From Lepidodermella squamata (taxonomy: Eukaryota > Animalia > Gastrotricha), in contig JBLDXI010000004.1 in assembly GCA_047495785.1 (NCBI GenBank), positions 1,488,001-1,552,000 of the forward strand: a stretch of DNA of 64,000 nucleotides. Reading direction: 5' to 3'. Position 1 is the first letter of the stretch, and each line of letters begins with the position of its first letter. Positions 48,947 through 61,553 of this stretch are shown here, one piece after another. Both the position numbers and the translations under genes were made by a program. Below the pieces are notes generated by a model. That model saw only the letters and a program-made list of their open reading frames with translations, was not told where the DNA came from and made no database searches.

Positions 48947-50179
48947 ATGCGATTGAACGCCAGCGAAGTGATCCAAGGGTCATGGCTGATAGTCCAGATT
49001 CCACATTTGGGCTTCGACTACCCAAGGCCCTACTTCATAGGGTGGTACCACGACTTAGGGGCGACTACGATACCCGCACGGCTACCCTACACCCTACCCT
49101 TCGCAGTTATAACTATCTCGATAACAATCGCCTCGGTATTCAATGTTGTGAATTCTCGCAAACACGGCGTGAAAAAAGACATAATGATTCTATGGAGCTT
49201 GATGTGTGTTCGAGACATTACCTTCGCCCTGGCTGTATCGCTTCCGATTTTCCTTACTCTCTACGACAATTCATGGCCGCTGGGTGATGCAGGATGTGCT
49301 GTTAACATGTGGATCATGATGGCATCGGGTTCCTATGGAAATATCCTCGAAATGCTGGTCAGTTACGAGCGAAGACTGAGAGTTCTATCAGAGAATCCTT
49401 ATAGGAAGACCAATACGAAAAAAGTCAGTTTCATAGACGAGATTTCATCGAAATCCATGTTCAATTTCTTTCAACAGATTGTGGTCCTCGCTATTCTACT
49501 TTTCATCATCGCTGGATCATCAGTTTTGCCACTAGTTGCGTATCCCTTCCAGATCTACGCCGTTTATCCGATATCATCCTACGGGATCGGAAACAAAACA
49601 GAAACTAAGAATTTCTGTGGAAATTTCGAGCATCGTTTGATCGGCCCAGTCGATACAGCCCTTCTTCTTTGCTTGTACTACAGCTTGTGGGTCTTGATCA
49701 CAGTGGCTTTCTCAACCTTGAACTACTACGCCCTAGCTCGTGGCATAGGCAAAGTTGGTGCTAGTACCACAGCTGGAACCACTGTGTCGAACAACACTCT
49801 AGCGACCATAGTGTCGAATAGAGCTAAGAAAACAGTTCGATTTCTCGAGGTTTACTACGCTAAACAGAGCTTGATTACATTTCTAGTTTTCATGCTACTC
49901 TACCTGCCGTGTTTTGCGTGTTTCCTCTGCCAGATTTTCTACTTCAATTTCGGCACGAAATACGCGACTGGCTGGCTTAACAAAGTTGGAATGTTCATGA
50001 TTCTAGTGCAGGTATTGCTAGCCTCGATTTTGCGGAGTGTGAAACCTGGCGCGGTCGGCGAATTTCTCGATAAAATCAGGAAATTATGCCGAAAACCAGC
50101 CGTTAATGAGAACATAAAAATGCAAGGTGGCTCGATTGGAACTGTAACTCAACGTGGTGTGAGACCGAGCCTAACTTGA
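48947..50179 (+). CDS. Divergent rhodopsin-class GPCR, copy 1 (probable intron 49424-49477)
   Basis: Seven hydrophobic segments; TM2 Asp, WPLGDAGC (ECL1), SYERR at the DRY position, ECL2 Cys and FMLLYLP (TM6). Confidence 0.85.
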   Translation: MRLNASEVIQGSWLIVQIPHLGFDYPRPYFIGWYHDLGATTIPARLPYTLPFAVITISITIASVFNVVNSRKHGVKKDIMILWSLMCVRDITFALAVSLPIFLTLYDNSWPLGDAGCAVNMWIMMASGSYGNILEMLVSYERRLRVLSENPYRKTNTKKVSFIDEISSKSMFNFFQQIVVLAILLFIIAGSSVLPLVAYPFQIYAVYPISSYGIGNKTETKNFCGNFEHRLIGPVDTALLLCLYYSLWVLITVAFSTLNYYALARGIGKVGASTTAGTTVSNNTLATIVSNRAKKTVRFLEVYYAKQSLITFLVFMLLYLPCFACFLCQIFYFNFGTKYATGWLNKVGMFMILVQVLLASILRSVKPGAVGEFLDKIRKLCRKPAVNENIKMQGGSIGTVTQRGVRPSLT

Positions 50180-50829
50180 AGCCTAGCTCAAAAAGGATTC
50201 ATGTTGTAGACAATGTAAATATCTAGTTAAAATCTAAATGTGATGCGTCAGTTTTTCAAGATGAAAAATGAAAAATGACAAAAAGTCATGAGATGAGAAT
50301 TTTTCCCAAGATCTACCTACAAATCTACGAATGAAATCCGTTTTAGCCGAAGGCATCGAACCTCAACAATGCTAATGGGAATTCGGTTGATTATGCGCCT
50401 GTTTCTGAAACTTGGCACTTGACCGAACAACTTGCTACTTGGAACTTGTCCGTTTTTGTTTTTGAGATCAAATGCAGCCAGTGGTCCGACTCGGCCCAGC
50501 TCTCAGTGAGGTAAATCGCGCATTTTGAAGGAAAAAATTACAAATCATAAGGGGAACCGCCGCATTTTGCAGTGCATGGCAAGCGATTTTGGTCCATCTT
50601 CACAGTGATTTGGGCTATTTGATTGAAGGAAAAGGAAAGGATGAAAGATACAGAATGCTATGCTGCTTTTTAAAACAGGTCATGTGGTTTTGTGTATTCT
50701 CATAATATTACTAAAAAAGGAAAAAACGCGGGAGAAAACTTAATACAAGAAAAAATTGCATTAGACGCAAGCTACACAAAAATGTGTTTGTATTAAGCTG
50801 TAGCTCAGCTTTGCTTGTAAAATTTAACA

Positions 50830-52200
50830 ATGTGCCATCACACGGCAACTATTACAACCGTTTTCTTCGTTTGGTAGCAGATGCTCAAGATCTCGAATGT
50901 GGGACTGTGAACCCCACTGCAATCACCCACATGACTACCCATGGCTGGTTTAGTTAATTTGATAATTTATCTTTGAATAGAAACAGGATGTTTGTGCAAG
51001 GTCTTCCTGGAAATTTATAACAGCCGCGAAACGTCAACATTATATTGCGGAGCTTCTCTCATACCGAGGCAATGGCTGATAATGCTGGAGAGACTCCAAT
51101 CTTGTAATTTTCTCCATTTCCGCTATTTGATTGTCCATGCTTGCTTTCCACAGGATCAAAGTTCGGCATAACGTCAGTGTTCGTGCGAAGAAGGCGTCAT
51201 ACGAATCTTTTGTTTCTCCACCGCCTCTGGTTCATCCAATTTACAACGGCAGTCAGCATTTCTACGACTATGATTTCGCTCTGTTGCGATTGACGACCCC
51301 AGCTCATCGATTCTCGCAGCAGATCTAACCGATTTGTTTACCCGACGCGCGTAACATGTGCCGGGGCAACTCTGTCACCGCCAATTCGATCGACGGATGC
51401 GATTCAGCGGTCGCATCTGGCTGGGGTAACTTCAATATACCTTCAATATAGCTTTACCCCATATTTCGTATTTCAGCTAGACTATCTGAGATCCCAAGAA
51501 AGCTTGATCTTCAAGTTCGGTCGTACCGAAATTGTTCGATGGAGTATTCCCGCGGCCGCTCGGATCCTGTCACCATGACCGACCCGAAAATGTGGTCAGC
51601 TGCCGATAACAGTGACGTTTGCTTCGGAGATTCCGGTGGCCCTCACATGTGTTTCAAATCGACCATTCTTGGCATAATTACGAATGGTGATGAGTCGTGC
51701 ACAGGAAACACTCCTGGCATCTACAGCAGGGTTTGCAAGGTTCATCTGTATGGATTTCGGAAAACACAGATGTTCAAAGCCAAACGACTACTCCGGAACA
51801 GTCTTGTGCTGTACAGATGATACGGAAGATACCGTTGTAGTTCTAAGGCCTGGAACTGCTGTGGAAAAAGGCAGGTCCGTGAGCGTCAAATGCAACCCTG
51901 GATATAGTTACTACACATCAGTCAATTTTGCCGCGTGCATGCCTATATTTAGACCTTCAAAAATGTGAAGATGTACCCTAGTAGGTAAGGAAAATCTCAA
52001 AAATATGCCCGATTCAGCGAATATCATCTCTAACTATTTAGGCTGTGGTACCGTTTCAGCAATTCAAAACGGCAACGTATCTCCTGGTATGTCGAGTATC
52101 GGAGTTACCCGGAGCATATCATGCAACCAACATTCTGTGCTTCCATATTTTGCCTCTCGAACTTGATGTGTTCCCAGTCTGGTCAGACAACGAAGACCTG
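50830..52200 (+). pseudogene. Trypsin-family serine protease with C-terminal sushi-like repeats, decayed
   Basis: YCGASLI..W, YDYDFALLRL, QI*PICLP (stop at 51326-51328), ASGWG, CFGDSGGP, GIYSRV, then VKCNPGY. The catalytic His motif is lost and there are frame breaks. Confidence 0.8.
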
Positions 52201-52586
52201 TGAGTTTCTACATTTATGACTAACACCAACAAGAATAGGTAAGCTTAATATTCCCTTCCTTCGGAGGAGCTTTTAGTACACTTCCTGATTGTAGAAATCA
52301 CCAAAAAACCACATGAGGACCCTCTGGTCAAATATATTCAGGTCTGAAATCACCCGTAAGTACCCTCAGCTCGAGTACCCTACTTTGTACTTTGTACACT
52401 GACTCGGATTATATTTCGTGGCTGTTAGAAATATTAATTTCACCTACATTCTTGGAAACGGCAAGTATCAAGTATTATCCCAATTGCAAACTAAAAACTG
52501 TTAACGACTGTTTGCAAAATCCGTAGTTTTCTCCATGGCTCTCCTTGAACTACTGATGTCTGATGTCTGTTTATTGTTTATATAGA

Positions 52587-53350
52587 TTCGTGAAATGCAC
52601 GAGCAGTTGTGGAATGTGACAGCCTTTACAGATGGCGAGGCGCAGGGCGCAGGTGCGGCGGCTCGTTGCTGAGATCGACGGCACCATTGGCGGCACGTTC
52701 GACCCGAACTGGCGCAACCCCGATGAGTTCAGCTGTAGTAATTTTTCATAATTCAATGAAAAATGGCACCCTGCTACACAGTGCGACGTGCAATCAGACC
52801 AGGTATTGCAAATTGCTCATCTGCTCGTAAACCGTGGAGCTGATGTGAATTACAAGGAGGAATATGGCATGACGGCGTTAATGCTTGCGGCTTGGAATGG
52901 ACAAGTCAATTTAGTTGGACAGTTGCTGGATCACAGCGCTGCAATCGACGCTAAGGATAAAAGTGGCTTGACGGCGTTGATAATGGCGGCTAGTAGTGGG
53001 CAAGTCGAGTTAGTTCGATTGTTGCTGGATCGAAATGCTGCCATCGGCCATCGAGGCCAAAGATATCGGTGGCTCGACGGCGTTGATTTATGCGGCTGTT
53101 TTTGAGCGAGTTGAAGGTGGATAACGATGGACGGCGTTTATTTAGGCGGCTGGGTGGGGGCATGTCGAATTAGTCCGACTGTTGCTGGATAGAGGTACAA
53201 ATAAGGATGCCACAAATGCAGATGGCATGACAGCTCTTGATATAGCTATTTGTTCTAACAAAACCGCTGCGGCCGCTGCTGAGGTCGCGAGAAGCAAGTC
53301 GAGCGAAGTCATCGTGTTGATATCAGCGGAATCACGGAGATTTATCATCT
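52587..53350 (+). pseudogene. Ankyrin-repeat gene, frameshifted
   Basis: GADVNYKEEYGMTALMLAAWNG, GLTALIMAASSG and GMTALDIA are split over different frames, with stops near 53100-53145. Confidence 0.8.
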
Positions 53351-54725
53351 TTTATTCTCGAATGTTACCGAGTGCAAACTATGATGTTATCCTTCCCCTT
53401 CACTCTCAATCAGTGTCTGTGCCGATTCTGTGCTGTTGTTACCGATACTGATAATTTTCGCGAAAATGCAAGATAACCGCACAGTAAACGAAAAATATCA
53501 TGCATTTCTTTGTGAGTAATTGTAACTCGAGTTTCAAATTTGAGATGAAAAATGAGTGAGTCCTTCTCGACTTTTTTCCCGCGAATTCATGCGTCGTGCA
53601 CTGCGCAAACTTCAGAAGCCTGTTGCTGGCAAGTTTGGCTGGGCATCCAACGGGGGACTGATGAAAAGGTGGGGTGGAGATACCTCAATTGATCTTGGAC
53701 CTCAATTGGCTACGCAGACCAATCTTGCATGGTCTGACCGAAATGAAGGCTCGATTATTTCGATGAATCGTGGTGACAAAGCTGGTCCTATGCGAGATGC
53801 GTTCTGGTATGGATGCCGAACCTGGGGCAAGACAGCTTGAGTGGGATTTATAGTATGAGATAATATATTTCGAAAAGGGAGAAATGCTTTCTGCCACCAA
53901 AAATGAAAATCCAAAAATTGTCATTAAATTGAGGTTTCTTGCCACCAAATTGGTCTTTATTCCACCAAAACAAGGCTTACCACCAATTTAGGGTTTCTTG
54001 TCACCAATTAGTGTAATATAACGCGCTGTCCAACTTAACCTCCTCATCTCTTCGCCATTTAGAAAGATAATTGCGCGCAAATTCGCACAGCCCTGAAGTT
54101 CTACGCTGATTCAGAGTATCTAATTTGTATTCAACTGCCCAGCTTTAAAAATGAAATTTTAAATTGAAATTTACACATACTCTATTGAAACATTTTTTGC
54201 GCTTCGCCGTAAAAGAATTAACGTCAAATACAGACTCTAGCGACCAGTAATTCGTAGTTTCAATAACTCTAATCTTATTTGAATGCGGTGTTACACTGCC
54301 TTCTGTAGAATGAATGCCAAATCGAAATTGAGAGGAATTTATGTAATGAGGAAATTCCTCTCATAATTATCATAAGGTGACATTAGACCCTAATTATCTC
54401 TAACAACACTTTTTTATCATAAACAACGCAGCTGCGGCGTCCTAGCTAAGTCTCACGCTGTCAATAACATTCAGGAAGATTGTGCGTCATGAGCAAACTG
54501 CCATATTTGATTATCCTTGATGTGGACACTGCAAAAATGTACCCAATGTATGAAAGGCGAATGTCCTTTAGTTACATGCTAGGAGTGTCGATGATGTAAA
54601 GGGATTGACTGTCGTATCGACGCTGATCGAATACACACTCATCCTGTTTAAGTTTCAATCAGCCCTGAAAGCAGGTGCGAGTGCTCGTCTGTCCGGTTCA
54701 TGTTTATTTCTTTCCTGCTGTAAAG

Positions 54726-55928
54726 ATGCCATTAAACGCAACTGAAGTCATCCAAGGATCATGGCTGATAGTCCAGATTCCGCATTTGGGCTTCGACTAC
54801 CCAAGGCCGTACTTCATTGGGTGGTACCACGACTTGGGGGCGACTACGATACCCTCGCGACTGCCCTACACCCTACCATTTGCACTGATTACCATATCGA
54901 TAACAATCGCCTCGCTATTCAATGTTTTGAATTCGCGAAGAAATGGCGTCAAAAAGGATATAATGATCCTATGGACGTTGATGTGTATTCGAGACATAAC
55001 CTTCGCCCTGGCTGTCTCGCTACCGATTTTTCTTACTCTCTACGACAATTCATGGCCATTGGGCGATGCTGGATGTGCTGTTAACATATGGATCATGATG
55101 GCATCTGGATCTTATGGGAATATCCTCGAAATGCTGGTCAGTTACGAGCGAAGGCTGAGAGTTTTATCAGAAAATCCTTATAGGAAAACTAACTCGAACA
55201 GAGTTAGTTTCATAGAAAACATCTCATCGAAATCCATTTACAATTTCTCTCAACAGATTGTTGTACTCGCAATTCTACTTTTCATCATAGCCGGATCATC
55301 AGTTTTGCCACTAGTTGCGTATCCCTTCCAGATCTACGCCGTTTATCCGATATCATACTACGGGATCGGAAACAAAACAGAAATTAAGAATTTCTGTGGA
55401 AATTTCGAGCATCGTTTGATCGGCCCAGTCGATACAGCCCTTCTTCTTTGCTTGTACTACAGCTTGTGGGTCTTGATCACAGTAGCCTTCTCAACCTTGA
55501 ACTACTACGCCCTAGCTCGTGGCATCGGCAAAGCTGGTAACACCGCTGGAATAGTGTCGAATAGAGCTAAGAAAACAGTCCGATTTCTCGAGTTTTACTA
55601 CGCTAAACAGAGCTTGATTACATTTCTAGTTTTCATGCTGCTCTACCTGCCCTGCTTCGCGTGTTTCCTCTGCCAGATTTTCTACTTCAATTTCGGCACG
55701 AAATACGCGACTGGCTGGCTTAACAAAGTTGGAATGTTCATGATTCTAGTTCAGGTCTTACTAGCTTCGATCTTGCGAAGTGTCAAACCTGGCACGGTTG
55801 GCGAGTTTGCCGATAAATTCAGAAAATTGTGCCGGAAGCCAGCGGTATATGAGAATATAAAAATGCAAGGCGGCTCTGTACTGAACGGAACTTCAACTCA
55901 ACGTGGTGTGAGAGCGAGCCCAACGTAA
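54726..55928 (+). CDS. Divergent rhodopsin-class GPCR, copy 2 (probable intron 55203-55256)
   Basis: Highly similar to copy 1; the ATG at 54726 (MPLNATEVIQG) aligns with the starts of copies 1 and 3. Confidence 0.85.
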   Translation: MPLNATEVIQGSWLIVQIPHLGFDYPRPYFIGWYHDLGATTIPSRLPYTLPFALITISITIASLFNVLNSRRNGVKKDIMILWTLMCIRDITFALAVSLPIFLTLYDNSWPLGDAGCAVNIWIMMASGSYGNILEMLVSYERRLRVLSENPYRKTNSNRVSFIENISSKSIYNFSQQIVVLAILLFIIAGSSVLPLVAYPFQIYAVYPISYYGIGNKTEIKNFCGNFEHRLIGPVDTALLLCLYYSLWVLITVAFSTLNYYALARGIGKAGNTAGIVSNRAKKTVRFLEFYYAKQSLITFLVFMLLYLPCFACFLCQIFYFNFGTKYATGWLNKVGMFMILVQVLLASILRSVKPGTVGEFADKFRKLCRKPAVYENIKMQGGSVLNGTSTQRGVRASPT

Positions 55929-56398
55929 ACCAAAAGGGATTCAATTTTGCAGACAAAATGGTTTGTTTCACTCTCTACCTAGCTTTGTTACAATGCAAAT
56001 TGTAATGCATCATTCTTTGTACATGAAAAATGAAAAAATGCAAGCCTCGAGATGAAAAGTGCGAATAAGTCTATGTTTTCTGAGATGAACTTACGAAAAT
56101 AAGATGCCTACGATATAGCGGGGAAGATATCGAACCTCCACAATGTACACTTAATGCCATTGAGAATGCGCCTGATGTTTTTGTCACTTGGCACTTGAGA
56201 ATAACTCTGAATTCTGAAACAAATTAATACTCCGTAAAATTAGACTCTGCATTACAAATTAATATAGAGTCCGTGGCCATCAGCTTGCCCGTTTTCGAGA
56301 TATATGGTCAAATGAAAAAATTCAACCAGTGTAGAAAATCGAGCATTTTCAGACAAACAATTACAAATCAGGCATTGAACCCTCAAGTATTTCGCAAT

Positions 56399-56556
56399 GA
56401 GGGTTATTTTCGAAGCTCCCTTTATCATAAAGTCGACTTTATGACGTCGATAACACAAGTTTTTCTGAGTCGAACCACAGTAGTTTTTGCAAATCTGCGT
56501 CATTTTGACGTCATAAAGTCGACTTTATGATAAAGGGAGCTTCGAAAATAACCCTC
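56399..56556. mobile_element. 158-bp PIF/Harbinger-like MITE
   Basis: Perfect TIRs of about 50 bp, GAGGGTTATTTTCGAAGCTCCCTTTATCATAAAGTCGACTTTATGACGTC; AAT TSD. Confidence 0.9.
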
Positions 56557-56768
56557 AATGTTTGTAAAGTTTCGAAGGCGAGGTGGTCGTTCAGTAACTC
56601 GGATTTAGTAAATAAATGACTGCTTACTTGTCATCTTTCATCTTTCATCTTTCCTTGCCGTAAACCGTTATCGCATAAAAATCCGCGTTGTTCCAACGAA
56701 GCTAACGAATAAATATGTGAGCAAGTCTGCAAACAAATGGAAAGAAAATCTTGCCCTCCTTTGACATT

Positions 56769-57993
56769 GGGTGCGTTTCTTTATCACAAGCCATTTTTTA
56801 TTTTAAAATTAAAATTAAACACTGACATTTCTTTATCATTTTAAATTTTAAAATTAAAATAAATATCATTTCTTTATTCGATTTTTTCCATTTTATTTTA
56901 TAAAATAAAACGTCATTTCTTTATCACATTTTTTTCATGATTTTGGAAAAGAAAATGTGAATGAAACGACACGTGCAGTTTATAAACTACGCACTGATAA
57001 AGAAATGAAAAAAATGAATGTTTTGAGCGTAGTTTGAACGTATGAACGTGATTGCCCTAAGCCCATAGGAGCATGAGAGCGTCCGGGGAAGCGCCGATCT
57101 CAAATTCGTCCCATCGAAACATTATAGGTTTTAGGAAAGTTCAGTAGAACGTAGTTCAACGACTTCACCTCAGAATTGCCGATTGAGCAGGCGACACTTC
57201 AGCAACTGCCACTTCCGCAAAAGATTTGTAATAATATATTTGGGCAGTAGAAGTTTTCCACATTCGTCGAATTAAAGGCTCTAAGATATTTGCGCGAACT
57301 GAGCTGAGCGAAGCGACAACTTAGCCACTCGACAAATCAGCTAAATTTATGTTTAATTATTTTTATTATTATTCAAATACAATGGACCTTCAAAAAGCTA
57401 TAGAGGTGGAGATGGGCATGCTCGCTCCGCTCGTTTAGCCAAGATTCAACACTTAAATTAATAATTAATTTATAGTCAGCTCAAATGTCGTTAGCGCGAA
57501 TGTTGTGGTTAACATGTCGCATTACGCGCGCACTGAGCAGATATCGTTAGCTTAAAAAACCTCAACTGAAATGACGTGGGCTCTATAGTTGTATTGCTGA
57601 ATAACACAATTGCTATAGTGGCAGTTGCTGAAGTGTCACTGCTCAAACATTGCCATAGAGAAGTGACGTTGTCGAACCAAGTTCCGCTGAACTCTTCTAC
57701 GAACGCAATTCTATATAAGGCGATATAAAAATGGACGTTATTCCGCAGAAAAGCCTCAGAATACAAGTGTAAAATAAGACCAAAACGGCTCTACCCCCTG
57801 TTTTTCCTTGAGCTAAAAAAATGGATTTTTTCGATGAAACGCGTGCTTTATTTGCGCCATTTTATAAAATAAAATGACGAAAAGAAGCGTGAAAACACAA
57901 AAAATTTATAAACGATGAATATCAATGAAACGACCATTTTATTTTCATTTTATTTTAAAAAATGAAATAAAATTGAGATAAAGAAACGCACCC
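56769..57993. mobile_element. PIF/Harbinger-like non-autonomous element
   Basis: TIR GGGTGCGTTTCTTTATC; ATT TSD at 56766-56768 and 57994-57996. Confidence 0.82.
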
Positions 57994-58615
57994 ATTGTCT
58001 TCCCATTCCTTTAATTGATTTTTCGATTCCATAGATTTACCTAAGAAATGTTGAAGATTTGAATTGAAATGATTAATTCAAAATATTTACGATTAAGATT
58101 AACTTACAAAATGTAATCAAACCATAGGAGATCACTGATTTGACGATTCCTAATCCTATTACTCAGGCGCGAATGTGGTAATTCGATCCGGAGTGTGGGA
58201 GTAACAAAGTGAATCATAGCACGCAATAATCCTCCCATGTCACGAACCCAGTTATTGAAATACCGTGTTGATTTGATTACTATATAAATTTAGCATGAAC
58301 CTCAAAGGCAGAATCTCAAACACAGCAGCTAATGAGCCGCCCATTAGCTGCTCACGTGTGATATCCATCAATATCTAGCTAATTCATGTCCTTGGTCACT
58401 TTAGCCCCGTGACTTGTACCGTGCGCTTCAAACCATTGAAAACATATATGAAATCGCTAGGAAATATGGACGAGGGTGTCTCTGGGCAACCTACACCGAC
58501 ACGATATTCGTGCCATGATCCGAGCACGATTGAAGGACTCGACCATCTTAAAACCTATATATAATCCGCAGAGGGAGTTCAGATTGTCACAAACAAGAAT
58601 TATCAAAAGTCGAAA

Positions 58616-59891
58616 ATGACAGTTTTCAACGCAAGTGAAGTCATCCAAGGGTCATGGCTGATAGTCCAGATTCCGCATTTGGGCTTCGACTACCCAAGGC
58701 CGTACTTCATTGGGTGGTACCACGATCTCGGAGCCACTACGATACCCTCGCGACTGCCATACACCCTGCCCTTCGCAGTGATGACAATCTCGATAGCCAT
58801 TGCCTCGGTATTCAATGTTGTGAATTCTCGAAAACACGGCGTGAAGAAAGACATAATGATCCTATGGAGCTTGATGTGTGTTCGAGACATAACCTTCGCC
58901 CTGGCTGTATCGCTACCGATTTTCCTGACCCTTTACGACAATTCATGGCCATTGGGTGATGCAGGATGTGCAGTTAACATGTGGATCATGATGGCATCTG
59001 GATCTTATGGGAATATCCTCGAAATGCTGGTCAGTTATGAACGAAGACTGCGAGTTCTATCGGAGAATCCTTATAGGAAGACCAATACGAAAAAGGTGAG
59101 TTTGAATGAAACTAGATTGATTCATTATTACGTATGCCACATAATAGATTGTAATACTGGCAATACTCTTATTCTTCTTGGCTGGTTCATCTGTCCTTCC
59201 TCTGGTCGCTTATCCCTTTCAAATATATTCAGTTTACTCGATTTCTTTTTCAATCGATGGAAACGTAGCTGAAACAAAGAATTTCTGTGGCAATTTCGAA
59301 CATAACTTGATTGGTCCAGTCGACACCGCTTTACTCCTTTGCTTGTATTACAGCTTATGGGTTTTGATAACCGTCGTATTTTCGACGATGAACTACTACG
59401 CCCTGGCGCGTGGTATTGGAAAGGTAGGAGCTGGGACTGCGGCGTCAAACAGCTCGAAAACTGCGTCGAGCAAACCAATCTCCACGATATCGACCAATAA
59501 AAACAAGAGAAATGTCAAATTTCTCGAGGTTTACTACGCTAAACAGAGCTTGATCACATTTCTAGTCTTCATGCTACTCTACCTGCCCTGCTTCGCGTGT
59601 TTCCTCTGCCAGATCTTCTACTTCAAGTTCGGCACGAAATACGCGACTGGCTGGCTGAACAAAGTTGGAATGTTCATGATCCTAGTTCAAGTTTTGCTAG
59701 CTTCGGTCTTGCGAAGTGTGAAACCTGGAACGATTGGTAGCGCGTTGGAAAAGCTGAGACGACTTATCCGGAGATCCACTATCAATGATTCGAAGGCGTC
59801 CAGCGAGGGCGCGCCTTACAGCACGCAACCTTCACCTGTTGTTCAAAAAGCTAGGCTTGGAGTGCCTCGGAACCGAGTTGAAACATTATAA
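58616..59891 (+). CDS. Divergent rhodopsin-class GPCR, copy 3 (exons 58616-59095 and 59148-59891)
   Basis: A 52-nt GTGAGT..TAG intron joins ORFs 58616 and 59178 into a full-length paralog. Confidence 0.87.
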
Positions 59892-60400
59892 ATACTTTGA
59901 CAAATTTCAACTATTTAGCGTCCTCTGAATTCAGTAAATTCATGATGTAATAAATGAGAGATCACGAGGAAAAAATTCGTCGACAATGTAACAGCTCGTG
60001 TCACCCCAGCTGTTGTATTCAAAACCTACTGGAAATCAATTATTTCCTCCTCAACATGTCGGCAGAGCTTTGTATATGATTTGATTTAGTCCCGTAAAAA
60101 TGGGGGCAATGATTCATTTTAATTGCTTGTAGGCGATCCGTGATTCAGGCCGTAAATTAAATCAAATGGAAGAAGGTGGCACTGGTGTATGACACAGAGC
60201 CACACAAGATAAAAGTGCTCATGTTCCAAAGAATTCCCTTATCAAAATGAGTAGCATTTTAATGGTTAAAATTGGAAATGATTCGCATTACATGACGAGA
60301 TAAGCATTAGTAGACAAGATATATAATGATTACCACGGAAATTTGCTAATCCTGATTCATCTTAAAAAACATATTTATTAAAAAGAAAATGATATGCTAG

Positions 60401-60929
60401 ATTTGCCATTTGCACATTTTCCCGAATTACGTTCAACATGACGTCTCTTTGTTTGTGGAACAAAAGATGCTTCAATATCGATACCTGCATGCGCAAACAC
60501 GAAGTCGGTGTATGCAAAGAGCCAAAATCATGTCTCGTGTATAATTGCGAAATGAGGCATTACTATTATCGAACGAAGCCATCTGCCGGGGCTCCATCAG
60601 TAGTGCCTTCAGCACAGCAACCAAGGCAAACTGAAGACGGAGCATCTAATGGCATGAACATTGAAAATGAGCCTTCGAACAACCCGGACATTGCTCCTAA
60701 TGGAAATGTTCCACCGGCTCCAATACTGCAATCTTCAGAAAAACAAAAACCGCTATCTGCGTATTTCTTTCAAGTTGAATTTTCCATTGGATACTCTGGT
60801 CCTCCTCTTCAAGCGCAAAATATGTATCAAAACGGACCGATTCTTTCTATCAACCCGGCTTCATTTGGCCAACCGGGGCCTCCGCCACCTCCCGTCGCAC
60901 AACAGCTATTGAGTCGTCCAGATTGCTGA
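60401..60929 (+). CDS. Exon/ORF with two CCCH zinc fingers and a Pro-rich tail
   Basis: CLWNKRCFNIDTCMRKH (C-x5-C-x5-C-x3-H) and CKEPKSCLVYNCEMRH (C-x5-C-x4-C-x3-H). Gene boundaries unclear. Confidence 0.5.
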
Positions 60930-61136
60930 TTATCACATTCATTGGATGACAGTCGATAATCTTTATACTTCATATGATGATAACTGTTAAAAATGTATGG
61001 TAAAAGCAAGTTTTCGATTTTGCAAGATTGTTTTCATGTAAGAAAAAAGTAATATTTTGCGTTAGAAAAATGAGCGATTTTTTCAATAAAACTTATTATT
61101 TCGGGGTACTGAAAACATTTGTGAGAAAATTGTCAC

Positions 61137-61385
61137 TTTAATTTCGGCACGAAATACACAACAGGCTGGCTGACCCAAGTTGGAATGTTCATGATTCATG
61201 CTCAAGTTTTACCAACTTCCATTTAACGCTGAAACGTAAAAATAAATCGACAAAAACTCAGGAGGGTCATTTGCAAATCTGTGATCAGTTATTTAAAGAC
61301 ATCCGTCCTTATAGTACGCCCTATTTACCTGGTAGAGCTAGGCTCTAGGCTCGATCTGCTTTAGAACCGGGTTAAATTATTATGA
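61137..61385 (+). pseudogene. Relic of a fourth GPCR copy (TM7 and tail)
   Basis: FNFGTKYTTGWLTQVGMFMIHAQVLPTSI* matches FNFGTKYATGWLNKVGMFMILVQVLLASI; the decayed tail resembles copy 3. Confidence 0.8.
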
Positions 61386-61553
61386 TTTGATTCCACGGAT
61401 TGGAGCATTAAATGTTAATGTTAATGTTAATTTTTCGATAAATCAGATATCATTAGGGAATATTTCCTCGACCATGAAGTAACTCGTTCCTCCCAGTCCG
61501 ATTCCTAAGGAAAGGAAATCCGGAAAATATGTTCAATATCTAATGAAATTGCA

